A stretch of 63,320 nt of DNA, filler included, from Octopus bimaculoides (lineage: Eukaryota), in NCBI RefSeq assembly GCF_001194135.2. It is 4 parts of 4 records of this genome, joined end to end, with 100 filler letters (N's around TTAATTAATTAA, not from the genome) between each part and the next. Parts side by side here need not be neighbours in the genome. Positions count along the whole stretch, not along the records: positions 1 to 22,414 come from NC_068989.1; 3 more parts are not named here. One strand, written 5' to 3'. The notes below the pieces were generated by a model. That model was not told the origin of the DNA, ran no database searches, and saw nothing but the letters and a program-made list of their open reading frames with translations. The position numbers were made by a program, and so were the translations under genes. Every line of letters starts with the position of its first letter. Position 1 is the first letter of the stretch. Shown in pieces: positions 1 to 12,068 of the stretch.

Positions 1-101
1 TATTCTATTAGAGTAGATGAAAATATGTGATTTGTAAAAACATGACATGTTAATAAATATTTGTATACGTACAACCATCCAGATCTCTGAATACCTTATT
101 T

Positions 102-156
<55 letters not shown>

Positions 157-164
157 ATGTGTGT

Positions 165-368
165 TTGTGTGTCTGTGTTTGTCCCCCCACCATCGCTTGA
201 CAACCGATGCTGGTGTGTTTACGTCCCCGTAACTTAGCGGTTCGGCAAAAAGAGACCGATAGAATAAGTACTAGGCTTACAAAGAATAAGTCCTGGAGTC
301 GATTTTCTTGACTAAAGGTGGTGCTCCAGCATGGCCGCAGTCAAATGACTGAAACAAGTAAAAGAGTA
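165..368 (+). mobile_element. SINE family A, 3' half
   Basis: Matches the 3' half of the full copy at 4031-4416 (gtttgtcccc..cgcttgacaaccgatgctgg..ccagcatggccgcagtcaaatgactgaaacaagtaaaagagta). Confidence 0.85.
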
Positions 369-410
369 TATATACATACATACATATACACAAACACACA
401 CACACATACT

Positions 411-1184
411 ATCGACTAAATTACGCATAAATGAAAATAACACTGACATCTCATTTTAACAAATATATTTACCAAAATTACATTTTAATATCATGAAATG
501 CTAAAGTGTATATTTATTCAATAAAATCGCCATTGGTTGCAACCACGGCCTCTAAACAATTTCGGAATCTCCTGTTCAACTTTGGTGTTACAAGATCTTT
601 GGTCTTTCGTTCAACTGCGACCCACACATAATAATCAAGCGGGCTGCAGTCTGGGGAGTTAGGTGGCCAGCTGTTAGAGGTCATGTCGCAGAGATTGTTT
701 CATAGCCATGACTGGTTTGTGTTGCATGGTCCAGAATCCTGTTGCCAGTCATAGGGTCTTCCAGCAGCCACCCTCTTGACCCCGGGCAGCACTACATCCT
801 CCAGGCACTTGATGTAGGCCTCTGTGTTAAGTGTGAGGCCGTGTGGGAAGATGAATGAAAGCATAACGTCACGATCACTAGTGATCACTCCAAACACCAT
901 GTTGTTGACTGAATGTTGTTTTTTATCACTCTCAGATTGCACTGCCCTCAGATTGACACACAAACACCCTGAAATGTTCGCATTGGACTTTCCGGCGCAA
1001 ATGCCAAGCAGTACAGCATGTCGTTTCCAAATTTCTGGCAGAGTGAATTGCATCATGGTGCTGTTTTTCTCATACGGTACCCAACTGACCCAATAATACT
1101 TTGTAGTCGATAAAATCAAAAGCAAACAATGCGCATGCGCAAAATTAAAAATATAAAATGGCGACAATTTACCCATCGCATCCT
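411..1184 (-). mobile_element. Internally deleted Tc1/mariner (maT/DD37D-like) DNA transposon remnant
   Basis: Minus strand encodes MVFGVITSDRDVMLSFIFPHGLTLNTEAYIKCLEDVVLP..WQQDSGPC and ends RRFRNCLEAVVATNGDFIE*, typical of a DDD transposase C-terminus. The N-terminal piece (MMQFTLPEIWKRHAVLLG) is fused directly to it. Degenerate terminal sequences lie at about 411-430 and 1160-1184. Confidence 0.8.
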
Positions 1185-1451
1185 CCACACACCTACATAT
1201 ATATGTGTGTGTGTGTGTGTGTGTATACAAACATGCATGTGTTAAGCGTTTATGTCAATGTGTGTGTGCGTAGTGTATGCAAGTGCATATACATATAAGT
1301 GCATGTGCGTGTGTGTGTCCATGTGTGTGCGTCCATGTGCATGCGAAGCACGAGTGCGCGCTAGCGTGCATACGTGAGTGTTATCTGTATTAGTCGTTTG
1401 ATGTAAAAGAGAGAACCCACAGGCCAATCAGTAGGAGAGATCAATGCGTTC

Positions 1452-1496
<45 letters not shown>

Positions 1497-1847
1497 TTTA
1501 TCGTGTTTAGCTTTGGCCTACATCTAAAAAGGAAGTAAGACGAAGACAGTGTCGTCACTTGAGATCGAATCAAGTATGTGAGGAAGAAATTGAAGTTTAA
1601 AGGGTGATGTGGCATGATGCAGTAACAGAGAGATGTGAGCGAGTGATTGTCACGATATGAGTGATTAACAAGTCTGTGATGCAAAGATACAAAGTGGAAG
1701 ATTGCTGGTGGAACTAAGAAATGAAGAGAAAGGCAGAAAGAATCAGCGTCAAAAACGGAAGCCAATAAGAGACAAGTTGCGAAATTACAGTAAAATGAGG
1801 AAGGGCTAAAAACGGTTAATAGCCGAGGTACAGCCGCATCTAGCATC

Positions 1848-2005
1848 GGGCGTGGCTGTGAGGTAAGAAACTTGCATAGTTCCGGGTTCAGTCCAATTGC
1901 GTGTTACCTTAGGCAAGTGTCTTCTACTACAGCCTTTGGCTGACCAAGCCTCTGTGAGTGGATTTGGTTGACGGAAGCTGAAAGAAGCCCGTCGTGTGTG
2001 TGTGT

Positions 2006-2049
<44 letters not shown>

Positions 2050-2258
2050 GCGCGCGCGTGTGTCGCATCACCATCGCTTGACAACCGATGCTGATGAGTT
2101 TACATCCCTGTAACTTAACAGTTCGGCAAAAAAGAGACCGATAAAATAAGTACTAGGCTTACAAAGATTAAGTCCTGGGGTCAATTTCTTCGAGTAAAAC
2201 CCTTTAAGGTGGCGTTCCAGCATGGTTGTAGTCAAATGACTGAAACACGTAAAAGAAT
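1848..2258 (+). mobile_element. SINE family A, full length (tRNA head + CORE-like + internal microsatellite + 3' module)
   Basis: tRNA-like head with B-box-like GGTTCAGTCC, then ccttaggcaagtgtc (resembles the MIR/CORE ccttgggcaagt), an internal (TG)n and the family 3' module. Confidence 0.85.
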
Positions 2259-2577
2259 AGAAGAATAAAGATATTTATTCACAACAATAAACCCGTAGTA
2301 TATAAATAATTCTGAACAAACAGAAGGGATAAAAATTTAGTAAGTGGTTCACTAAATAGTCAAAAAGACACCAATATTACTACTTCTCAGAATTAATTCT
2401 TGTCTCTGTCATTGGAAAACACTTACAATAAGATCCTATATCTCAAATATGTATACAGGCGATTAGGATTTGAAGCCAAAACCTCCAAAAATACATGTGG
2501 GGCCTTGTGGAAAACTGGAAACATCTTTCAATCGATACCCTTTAACTAGTGTTACGAGAAACTATGACTCTCTGAGC

Positions 2578-2657
<80 letters not shown>

Positions 2658-4030
2658 ATGGAGAGAGAAAGACAGGAAGGAAGGCTGAAGGCCCCGGTAT
2701 AACGCTCAAAACCTTATATATTCTATAGAATATTTGCATCAACTTGCCATGACTGATTGCGCAAATTGTATGCTGACCAGTTGCTTTTCTAGTCTATTCT
2801 TCTCAGGCTGTGTGTATGCATGTGTGTGCATGTGTCTATGTGTGTTTATGTCAGTTTTTGTGTGTTTATGTCAGTTTTTGTGTGTTTGTATCTATCTGTG
2901 TACGTATGTGCGTATGTGCGTACGCACGCGTTTGTGTGTTTGTGTGGGAGGGGTCCGCTTTACAATCTGGTTGTTCTGAGAAGAGAAAAAGCATACAGAT
3001 TTGCCAGAAAAGTCTATGATCAGTTCAAAGAATTTAATACACTACCTTATACTAACGTAAATCGTGCAACCTGGCACTAAACATGTCATCTTATCAAAGC
3101 ACTTGAGCGAGCGAAAAAATGTTACTTATTAAAGGTTACCACCTCTAAGAAAAATACCAAAATGGTCTTGTATAAATTCTTAAGTGAGACTTACGTCTCT
3201 TTTATGGAAGTAAATGGGAAAGATCATTCTTTCCAGAAACGCATTTATCAAAAATATCAAAAATATCCATGACAAATCAATTGCATTAGGAGACGATCGT
3301 ATTGTTGCACGTCATACTAAAGTAGACCTGGTTGTAATTCAGATTGCAACTGTATATTCAATCTCCGACATGATGAATGTATCTAAAGCAGGGAGCAATG
3401 AGCAATAAGTATTCATGTTGAAGTAATTGTAGAAAATGAGTTATTACAGTTTATCAAAGAAGTTACTGGGGCATGCTAAACTTTTGCACAGCAAATTAGA
3501 GTAACATAAATTCCAGAAGTTTTCGAACTGAACTCATTTGAAAGAAATTATAATTGAACACTTTTCTAAGTCAAGAGAAGAAAGGAATCCAAGACAGAAT
3601 CTTCTTACTTACTTAGAGACAACCAAAAAGATTATTTTTCACGCAGTTGGACACAAGAGGAAGAATCGCGTACATTATAATTAATTCCATCGAGTCTACT
3701 CGAAGTACTTGTAGAACATAGCACGTACAACAAGTCATTTTCAATTGGTGGTGAAAGAGTAAGAGTCCGTACACAACAGACTAGTTGCTTGTGGAGCTAC
3801 TGAAGAAAATCCAAAGAAAATCCTCTCTGGAAGTCAAACACCTAGGTTGAATATGACTTCTTTTCCTGCAAATCTCTACTCGCAGAATTGGAGGGTCTAA
3901 ATCCAGATTCCCAAAACAAGATCGAAAAACTGGTATGTTTTGAATGTGTTCTTGTTTGTCCCCTCTATGTTTAACCCCTTGTGGGCAATAAAGAAATAAA
4001 AATGGACCTAATGGTGCCTTCTATCACCCA

Positions 4031-4416
4031 GCAGGAACGGCTGTGTGGTAAGTAGCTTGCTTACCAACCACATGGTTCTCGGTTCAGTCCCACTGCGTGG
4101 CACCTTGGGCAAGTGTCTTCTACTATAGCCTCGGGACGACCAAAGCCTTGTGAGTGGATTTGGTAGACACACACACACACGTATATATGTGTGTGTGCGT
4201 GTGTGTGTATATGTTTGTGTGTCTGTGTTTGTCCCCCAACTTCGCTTGACAACCGATGCTGGTGTGTTTACGTCCCCGTAACGTAGCGGTTCGGCAAAAG
4301 AGACCGATAGAATAAGTACTAGGCTTACAAAGAATAAGTCCTGGCGTCGATTTGCTCGACTAAAGGCGATGCTCCAGCATGGCTGCAGTCAAATGACTGA
4401 AACAAGTAAAAGAGTA
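4031..4416 (+). mobile_element. SINE family A, full length
   Basis: ggctgtgtggtaag..ggttcagtccc..ccttgggcaagtgtc..internal (CA)/(TG)..gactgaaacaagtaaaagagta; used as the reference copy for the family. Confidence 0.9.
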
Positions 4417-4669
4417 AATATAAGAATCTTTACTATTGAAGTAAGCATTAAACCGGTTATTGCTGAACAAACGCTAACTTGAATGTTGTCTAACAATAAT
4501 CTGCATCAGTATACCTGAAACTTTTAACAACTTGGGTCATAACGCTACTTCTAGATCAGCCACATCGTCCATCCGTTGAATTGGTATTTCAATTTTTCAT
4601 TTTCTATTACTAGATAAACCTTCGTTGGACCAAGGATCTGCTGGGTGATAGAAGGCACCATTAGGTACA

Positions 4670-4906
4670 TTCTTATTTCTTTATTGCCCACAAGGGGCTA
4701 AAAATAGAGGGGACAAACAAGGACAGACAAAGGGATTAAGCCGATTACATCGACCCCAGTGCGTAACTGGTACTTAATTTATCGACCCCAAAAGGATAAA
4801 AGGCAAAGTCGACCTCGGCGGAATTTGAACTCAGAACGTAACGGCAGACGAAATACCGCCAAGCATTTCGCCCGGCGTGCTAACAATTCTGCCAGCTCTC
4901 CACCTT
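4670..4906 (-). mobile_element. SINE family B (tRNA head + Deu/Nin-like central domain)
   Basis: Minus strand reads ctggcagaattgttagcacgcc..gagttcaaattcc (B box)..gtcgactttgccttttatccttttggggtcgataaattaagtaccag. The central part resembles the Deu/Nin SINE domain. Confidence 0.85.
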
Positions 4907-5139
4907 GAGTCCATTCTGTCAGGAAAACGCATGTTTGCTGTTCCTGTTCCTGTTAGAAAATTTCTAAACCAACTTCAAATAAAACGCATAGCGCTAATAT
5001 TCTTGAGTTTATTTCACGAACAAATATAACATAAAATTATTATAGATGACAGTAATACATCCTTCCCTACATGAGGTGAAGACTGTGTCGATGATGAGAT
5101 CTCTATACTATGCTTCAAGAACAGACTTTGTTCAGCGAT

Positions 5140-5300
5140 ATAGGCGCGGGCGTATGTGGCAAGAAGTATGTTTCCTAATCACATGCTTCCCAGTTTGGTC
5201 CCAGAGCGTGGCACCTTTGGAGGTGCCTTCTATTATATCTCGGACCGACTAAAGCCTCCTGAGTAGATTTGATGAACGGAAACTGAAATAAGACCGTCAT
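5140..5300 (+). mobile_element. SINE family A, degenerate 5' half
   Basis: Diverged match to 4031-4150 (gtggcacctttggaggtgccttctattata..gaacggaaactgaaa). Confidence 0.6.
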
Positions 5301-5354
5301 ATAGAGACAGATAGATGTGTATGTGTGTGTGTGTGTGTGTGAATATATATGCTG

Positions 5355-5596
5355 TGTGCAGTGAATAAACTGTCGTTTAAATTATGAAAAAATAAAAATA
5401 AAACTGACACATCATTTAAACAGGTATATTTACTAAAATTACATAAGAATAACTTCAAATACTAAAAAGTAAATTTATCCAATAAAATTGCTATTGGTTT
5501 CAACAACGACCTCCAGACGGCTTCAGAATCTCCTGCAATTCTTCTGGACGGTTTCCTTGTTTAAGTTGGTGAATGCTGTTATAATCCTTGCCTTCA

Positions 5597-5597
<1 letters not shown>
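5355..5597 (-). mobile_element. 3' end fragment of the same maT-like transposon family as 411-1184
   Basis: Minus strand encodes LKARIITAFTNLNKETVQKNCRRF*SRLEVVVETNSNFIG*, followed by a terminal sequence related to 411-460. Confidence 0.75.
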
Positions 5598-5634
<37 letters not shown>

Positions 5635-5670
5635 NNNNNNNNNNNNNNNNNNNNNNNNNNNNNNNNNNNN

Positions 5671-5770
5671 NAAGAAGAAGAAGAAGAAGAAGAAGAAGAA
5701 GAAGAAGAAGAAGAAGAAGAAGAAGAAGAAGAAGAAGAAGAAGAAGAAGAAGAAGAAGAAGAAGAAGAAA
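5671..5770 (+). repeat. (AAG)n microsatellite
   Basis: Perfect GAA repeat; source of the poly-E and poly-K ORFs. Similar arrays at about 34267-34430 and 39628-39698. Confidence 0.95.
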
Positions 5771-6079
5771 AGAATGAGACCTCGATATTAGAGAAATAGA
5801 GGATTATTATATATGTTATAATTTAGAACAAACAGTAAAAGGTTGTCATAATAGTACTCGGAGTTTCAAATGTCGGAGCGAAGAGCTACGATACATTCTC
5901 GTTGGCTATTAATGGCAACAAACGCTATGACAAATCGTTGAATAGAAGAGAATTAACTCTAATAAGTGGGAGAAATAATTAAAACATACACGCAACTATA
6001 TTCTCACAACACATAGACATAAAACTTCCTGCGTTTACAACGTCTACATACGTATACACTCGCACAAACATGTATATGT

Positions 6080-6110
<31 letters not shown>

Positions 6111-6132
6111 TATGTGTATGTAGGTACTCGTA

Positions 6133-7860
6133 CTTATACCTTGAAGACAATAACACATACTCACAACTCCTACATAATAATCTTATTACACTAAAGCTAG
6201 GCCGCAAGTCTATAACGCCATTAATAAAGAAGCTAGTGCCATCGCCGCTAGATTTAAATTAGATTTTTAAAAAGGAGATCCTTCCAAAAGAAGAGGCCTT
6301 TATAACTATTAAGGACTATAAAAAGAACTTCCTATCTAATCTTAAATGCAGATTAATCAACCCTAAAAAATCAGAAATTGGTATAATTAGTAAGGAAATT
6401 TTTTTTAAATAACACTAAAGTAAGAAGGGCAGCTAATTTAATACAATGGTCTAATAGTAAGAATAAAGCAAGATTTACACAATTTATACAATATTGTAGA
6501 TTTTTATGCATCTATTTCTAGAAAAATGCTAAAGCCCTCACATTTGCAGGCGATTTTACAGAGATTAGTGAACACGATAAGCATATAATCCTCCATGCTA
6601 GGAAGACCTTACTCTTCAGCGAGAACGCAGAATGGGTTAAGACAGCAGACACAGAGGGTTCTTTCGATGTGAGCATGGGGTCATATGATGGAGCAGGTAT
6701 ATGCGATCTTATTGGACTATTCCTGCTTGACACTTTAGGAAAAGATTTTCCTGGTGTATATTTCGCTATTTATAAGAACGTTGCTCTAGCTTTAGCTAAG
6801 AATACCAATGGACCAGGACAAGATCGGTTAAGGAAGGATATTATCCATCTTATGAAAACTTTCGATCTTAGCATAACAATAGATACCAACCTGACGGTTG
6901 TCAGTTTCCTTGACATATCTCTAGATTTACAAAAGAATATTTACAAACCCTATAGGAAGCCCAACGCAGGTTCCTGCCACCCCGCCCCCATAGTGTTTAA
7001 GAATTTAGTTAAGAATATTAGTAGGAGAATTTCTAGCCTCTCCTCCAATATAAACATATTTAATAATGCTGCTCTACTATATAAAAATGCCCTTAAAGCT
7101 AGTGGATTTAAAGAGGAAATAGCTTACACCCCTACTATTAGACCAGAAATAAAGAAACGAAAATACAGACACAAGAAAACTATATGGTTCCCACCCCCTT
7201 ACTACCCTGAAGTGACCTTTAATATAGGTAAATATTTCTTGTCACTTTTAAATAGACATTTTCCAATACATCACAAATATAGAGAACTCTTTAATAGGCA
7301 TAACCTCAAAATTAGTTTTAGTTCCACCCCAAACTTCAAAAGCATTATTACGCAAAAAATACAACACAACACGAAGCCGGCTTTTCCTGCAGGGATAGAC
7401 TTATGCCCACTAAATGGAGCTTGTATGACCGCGGCCATTATTTATGAGGCCACCGTAAATTCCATGAACGCTAATGATACAGTTTCATCGAAGAGATATG
7501 TGGGTCTCACGGAGGGAAATTTTAAAGCAAGATTCAACAATCACACCTTAAGCTTCAGACACTGGAGCAAGCGAAAAACTACCAGATTATCCAGTTATAT
7601 ATGGTTTCTAAAAGAACAAGGTGTTAACTACAGGATTTACTGAAAGATCTTAACCAAATGCAAACCTTATACCAATGGTAGTGGCAAGTGCGGTCTTTGT
7701 AATATGGAGAGATGGCTCATCTGAAAAAGTTCCTTAGACCCTGCTTCATGTTTGAATTCAAGAACTGAGCTTTTTTGATCATGTCCACATATCACAAAAT
7801 ACTTGTTACGGTTTTGGGCCCCCCAAGGTCACGGCTAGAATCACATTTCGACTATGTTCC
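6133..7860 (+). mobile_element. Penelope-like retroelement (RT + GIY-YIG endonuclease), disrupted
   Basis: Frameshifted RT N-terminal part (EAFITIKDYKKNF..CRLINPKKSEIGIISK). ORF 6669-7643 has MGSYDGAGICDLIG and FLDISLDL, with catalytic YxDD degraded to YKNV. GIY-YIG region: IIYEATV..YVGLTEGNFKARFNNH. After a stop: KCGLCNME..LNSRTEL..CPH. Confidence 0.9.
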
Positions 7861-7994
7861 TGCACAGGCTTTCCCATAACTTCCATTAATTCTTTATTTT
7901 TTATATATATTTTTATATATATTTTTCATTTTTTCCTTTTTAATTGTGTGTGTATGTAAGTACTCGTACATACACGCATATCCACACACACTCG

Positions 7995-8425
7995 CACACT
8001 ACTGAAGCTTATAAACAAAACCAAATGTCGTAAGTCCTTTAACATTTTTCAACACTTTTCAAACTGAAAAAAGACATTAAAAACATTTTAAAATGCCCCC
8101 CAAAAAGGCACTTTTTCTGATAAAACCAAGAACTTATACCTTGAAGACAATAACACGTACTCACAACTCCTACATAATAATCTTATTACACTAAAGCTAG
8201 GCCGCAAGTTTATAACGCCATTAATAAAGAAACTAGTGCCATCGCCGCTAGATTTAAATTAGATTTTTAAAAAAGAGATCCTTCCAAAAGAAGAGGCCTT
8301 TATAACTATTAAGGACTATAAAAAGAACTTCCTATCTAATCCTAAATGCAGATTAATCAACCCTAAAAAATCAGAAATTGTTATAATTAGTAAGGAATTT
8401 TTTTATAAAATAACGGTAAAGTTAG
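7995..8425 (+). mobile_element. Second, partial tandem copy of the Penelope-like element (5' RT region)
   Basis: 8132-8420 is a near-identical direct repeat of 6133-6420. The sequence upstream encodes FSDKTKNLY, which is missing from the first copy. Confidence 0.85.
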
Positions 8426-8450
8426 TGTGTATATGTATATATATTATATG

Positions 8451-8499
<49 letters not shown>

Positions 8500-9728
8500 A
8501 TATGTGTATGTGTATATGTATGTATATGAGTGTAAGACTGTATCCGGTGCATAAGTGCGACTTTCAGACACACCCTACTTCATTTATACCGATACGCATA
8601 TACTTGTATATGTGCAGGTGTAGGTGTGTGATAGAAGTGTGTGTATATGCATGTGTGTGTACATATATATATGTATACGTGTATATGCAGGAATGCGAAT
8701 GTATGCCTGTGTGTGTATATATATATATATATATANNNNNNNNNNNNNNNNNNNNNNNNNNNNNNNNNNNNNNNNNNNNNNNNNNNNNNNNNNNNNNNNN
8801 NNNNNNNNNNNNNNNNNNNNNNNNNNNNNNNNNNNNNNNNNNNNNNNNNNNNNNNNNNNNNNNNNNNNNNNNNNNNNNNNNNNNNNNNNNNNNNNNNNNN
8901 NNNNNNNNNNNNNNNNNNNNNNNNNNNNNNNNNNNNNNNNNNNNNNNNNNNNNNNNNNNNNNNNNNNNNNNNNNNNNNNNNNNNNNNNNNNNNNNNNNNN
9001 NNNNNNNNNNNNNNNNNNNNNNNNNNNNNNNNNNNNNNNNNNNNNNNNNNNNNNNNNNNNNNNNNNNNNNNNNNNNNNNNNNNNNNNNNNNNNNNNNNNN
9101 NNNNNNNNNNNNNNNNNNNNNNNNNNNNNNNNNNNNNNNNNNNNNNNNNNNNNNNNNNNNNNNNNNNNNNNNNNNNNNNNNNNNNNNNNNNNNNNNNNNN
9201 NNNNNNNNNNNNNNNNNNNNNNNNNNNNNNNNNNNNNNNNNNNNNNNNNNNNNNNNNNNNNNNNNNNNNNNNNNNNNNNNNNNNNNNNNNNNNNNNNNNN
9301 NNNNNNNNNNNNNNNNNNNNNNNNNNNNNNNNNNNNNNNNNNNNNNNNNNNNNNNNNNNNNNNNNNNNNNNNNNNNNNNNNNNNNNNNNNNNNNNNNNNN
9401 NNNNNNNNNNNNNNNNNNNNNNNNNNNNNNNNNNNNNNNNNNNNNNNNNNNNNNNNNNNNNNNNNNNNNNNNNNNNNNNNNNNNNNNNNNNNNNNNNNNN
9501 NNNNNNNNNNNNNNNNNNNNNNNNNNNNNNNNNNNNNNNNNNNNNNNNNNNNNNNNNNNNNNNNNNNNNNNNNNNNNNNNNNNNNNNNNNNNNNNNNNNN
9601 NNNNNNNNNNNNNNNNNNNNNNNNNNNNNNNNNNNNNNNNNNNNNNNNNNNNNNNNNNNNNNNNNNNNNNNNNNNNNNNNNNNNNNNNNNNNNNNNNNNN
9701 NNNNNNNNNNNNNNNNNNNNNNNNNNNN

Positions 9729-9769
<41 letters not shown>

Positions 9770-9949
9770 CTTTATATATATATATATATATATATATACA
9801 TTCACGCGAGTGCGAAAGTATTATCTTTGTGTTTATATTTGTCCCAACAATCGCTTGACAATCAGACAATCATTGTTGGCTCGTATATTCCCCGTAACTT
9901 TATGGTTCAGCAAAAAAGACCGCTAGGATAAGTAACAAAAATATAATAG

Positions 9950-10152
9950 CTGCGATGATGGCATCAGATCTGTTGTTGATGACTTCTTTTATCAGCAAGC
10001 TGAAAGCTTCTTCACCAATGGGATCCAAGCACAGCAACACCGATGGAAGAAGTGTGTGGGCCACAAGTGGGACAATGTTGAAAAATAAACTCATTTGGTC
10101 ATATTCCATGAGAGTTTCTTGGTCAGCCTATGAACTTTTCAGCCAAACCTCG
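9950..10152 (+). mobile_element. mariner (DD34D, Hsmar1-like) 3' terminal fragment
   Basis: Encodes SVVDDFFYQQAESFFTNGIQAQQHRWKKCVGHKWDNVEK*, then a TIR-like gaacttttcagccaaacctcg followed by TA. Confidence 0.75.
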
Positions 10153-11169
10153 TATGAGCACTCTGAAGCAGAGATGATTTTTAATGACTTGGTGGCCATA
10201 ACCTACTGTGAGAAAGTAACCACATAATTCTGGTTGCTCATTTGCTTAAAGGTTGTTGAGTGGTAGGATAATGAGGCTGACAGCAATGATGGTGGGGTGT
10301 TTGTTCTGAGGTGATTCCCACTACGTTATCCAATATATCCTTCCTTTTTTTAAGGTGACAGGATAAAATTCGACTACTATTCTTTGCAGCTCAAGTAACT
10401 ACCGTAAAGTTAGCTTCATTGGCTCGTAGAAAAATTGGAGAAACCTGTTCAAATCAAATACGAAAAATAACTTAAGATCTTTGCAATTTTTATGAACAGA
10501 CTGTCCCATAAGAAACAAGCAAAGTGACAATACAATAGTGAAATACTAGTAAATACATGCAGAGAGATGTACAGTGTTGAGATGGATGGTAAGATTCTGC
10601 AGATAAAACTGCTTAACTCTGCCAACAGTTACCTATCATAACACAATCGGCAGACAAAGATATTTTCCCAACTTCCTGCTGGCACACCTCGTTAAATGTA
10701 ATTGAAAATTGGTATACTGGTGTGAACCACACAAAACGTTGAAACAAATTATAGATCTGAAAAGTAATAATGTATTCAAAAATCATCAACAGGAAACAAA
10801 GAACTGAACTAAAGTTGTGGAAGCACCTAGTATTAAACACAGGATATAAGAATCACACACACACATACTCATACACATACACACAAAAATTTATATATAC
10901 ATAAATACAGACATACATACATGCATACATACACACACATACATGCATTGCATATATGCATGCATACATGGCAGCTGTTAACTCATAGTTGAATGTAACT
11001 GTCACTGACAAATTATCTTATCCCAGATTTTAAAGACAATGGTTGTCTGCAGCGACTGTGCTAAAATTTAAAGTCAACAACAGCTTGCACAACACCACGG
11101 AGATTCTCACCTACGAAACCAAGTGGTTTGGAATCAAGCAAGAACAGTATCTTCGGCTTCGCAAATGCG

Positions 11170-11443
11170 GGTGTCATTTCAGAATTTCCTTCTCCAAGAG
11201 AGATGTCTAAACTAAGACTAGAGATCTTTCACTCACAACTGTTGAATGTTGGCTCTACTTGACTCTGAGTTCATACGTCCCTTGACATGTTTTGTTTTTT
11301 TCCTGCAAGGTATCCGACTTAAACCATCCTCCTTACCTGGCAGGCTTGGTAAGGTTGCCAGTTTAGTTGCCGACGGACCGACCATGCGTCATGCTGTAAT
11401 GGGTTACATGTTATCAATAGCACCAAGAGCGACCTAACATCAG

Positions 11444-11445
<2 letters not shown>
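11170..11445. repeat. Unclassified dispersed repeat, related to about 17110-17445
   Basis: Shared blocks ggttgccagtttagt(t/c)gccga, ccatgc and tatgttatca(a/g)tagcacc..agagcgacct in both copies. Confidence 0.6.
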
Positions 11446-11499
<54 letters not shown>

Positions 11500-11822
11500 T
11501 ACATACATACATACATACATACATACATTACATTACATTATATACAAACACACATACATATATTATAAGAAAAATTCGACTCTATCCCCCACTCATGGCT
11601 GCTAAAATCTCTACACTTGGCAAAAGCACCTACAACCTTAGTTGCTGTCATTGAGATTCTCACAAAATCCTTGACAGCAATCCTCAAACTTACAACTGAT
11701 ATTATAAATATTCGAAAAGGAATATTCCTTGGAGATAGTCATGTCATTCAGTTTATTTTGGCATTAAATTCCTTATCATTCCTGCTACAAGAATCAAATT
11801 GCTGTATACTAGAGTAGTGGGG

Positions 11823-12068
11823 TATATAGTGAGTACAAGGTGTTGATGTGGCTGCGTGTATGTTATTACAAGAGTTCATACAGAGATGAAAGAATAGATT
11901 CAAGGTCTATATATTTACTACATGAAAATATCTTTTATTCTTCTTTCGATCAAAACACATGGAATCAAATTGTAGAAGCTAGTTGAATGAAATAATCTAT
12001 GCAAGAAAGATAAGAGATAGGAAATGTAGAACAGCTAAGTGGTGGCGTTCAGTCATATCTGCTATAGG
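11823..12068 (+). repeat. About 245-bp direct repeat, copy 1 (pairs with 13632-13875)
   Basis: Direct alignment from tatatagt(g/c)agtacaaggtgttgatg to atctgctatagg; roughly 90% identical by eye. Confidence 0.9.

Noticed and set aside
1500-1810. Decayed frame with a CWWN*E motif, like the RTE linker region
   Set aside because: Only one short motif and many stops; insufficient to annotate.
7995-8025. ctgaagcttataaacaaaac at the expected ribozyme position in the Penelope 3' region
   Set aside because: Needs several substitutions and a deletion to fit a hammerhead; too degenerate to call.
8427-9931. Long ORFs spanning N gaps or microsatellites (also 32805-33839, 36018-36969, 59305-60311, 60885-62177)
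   Set aside because: Open only because of Ns or di/tri/tetranucleotide repeats; no protein signal.
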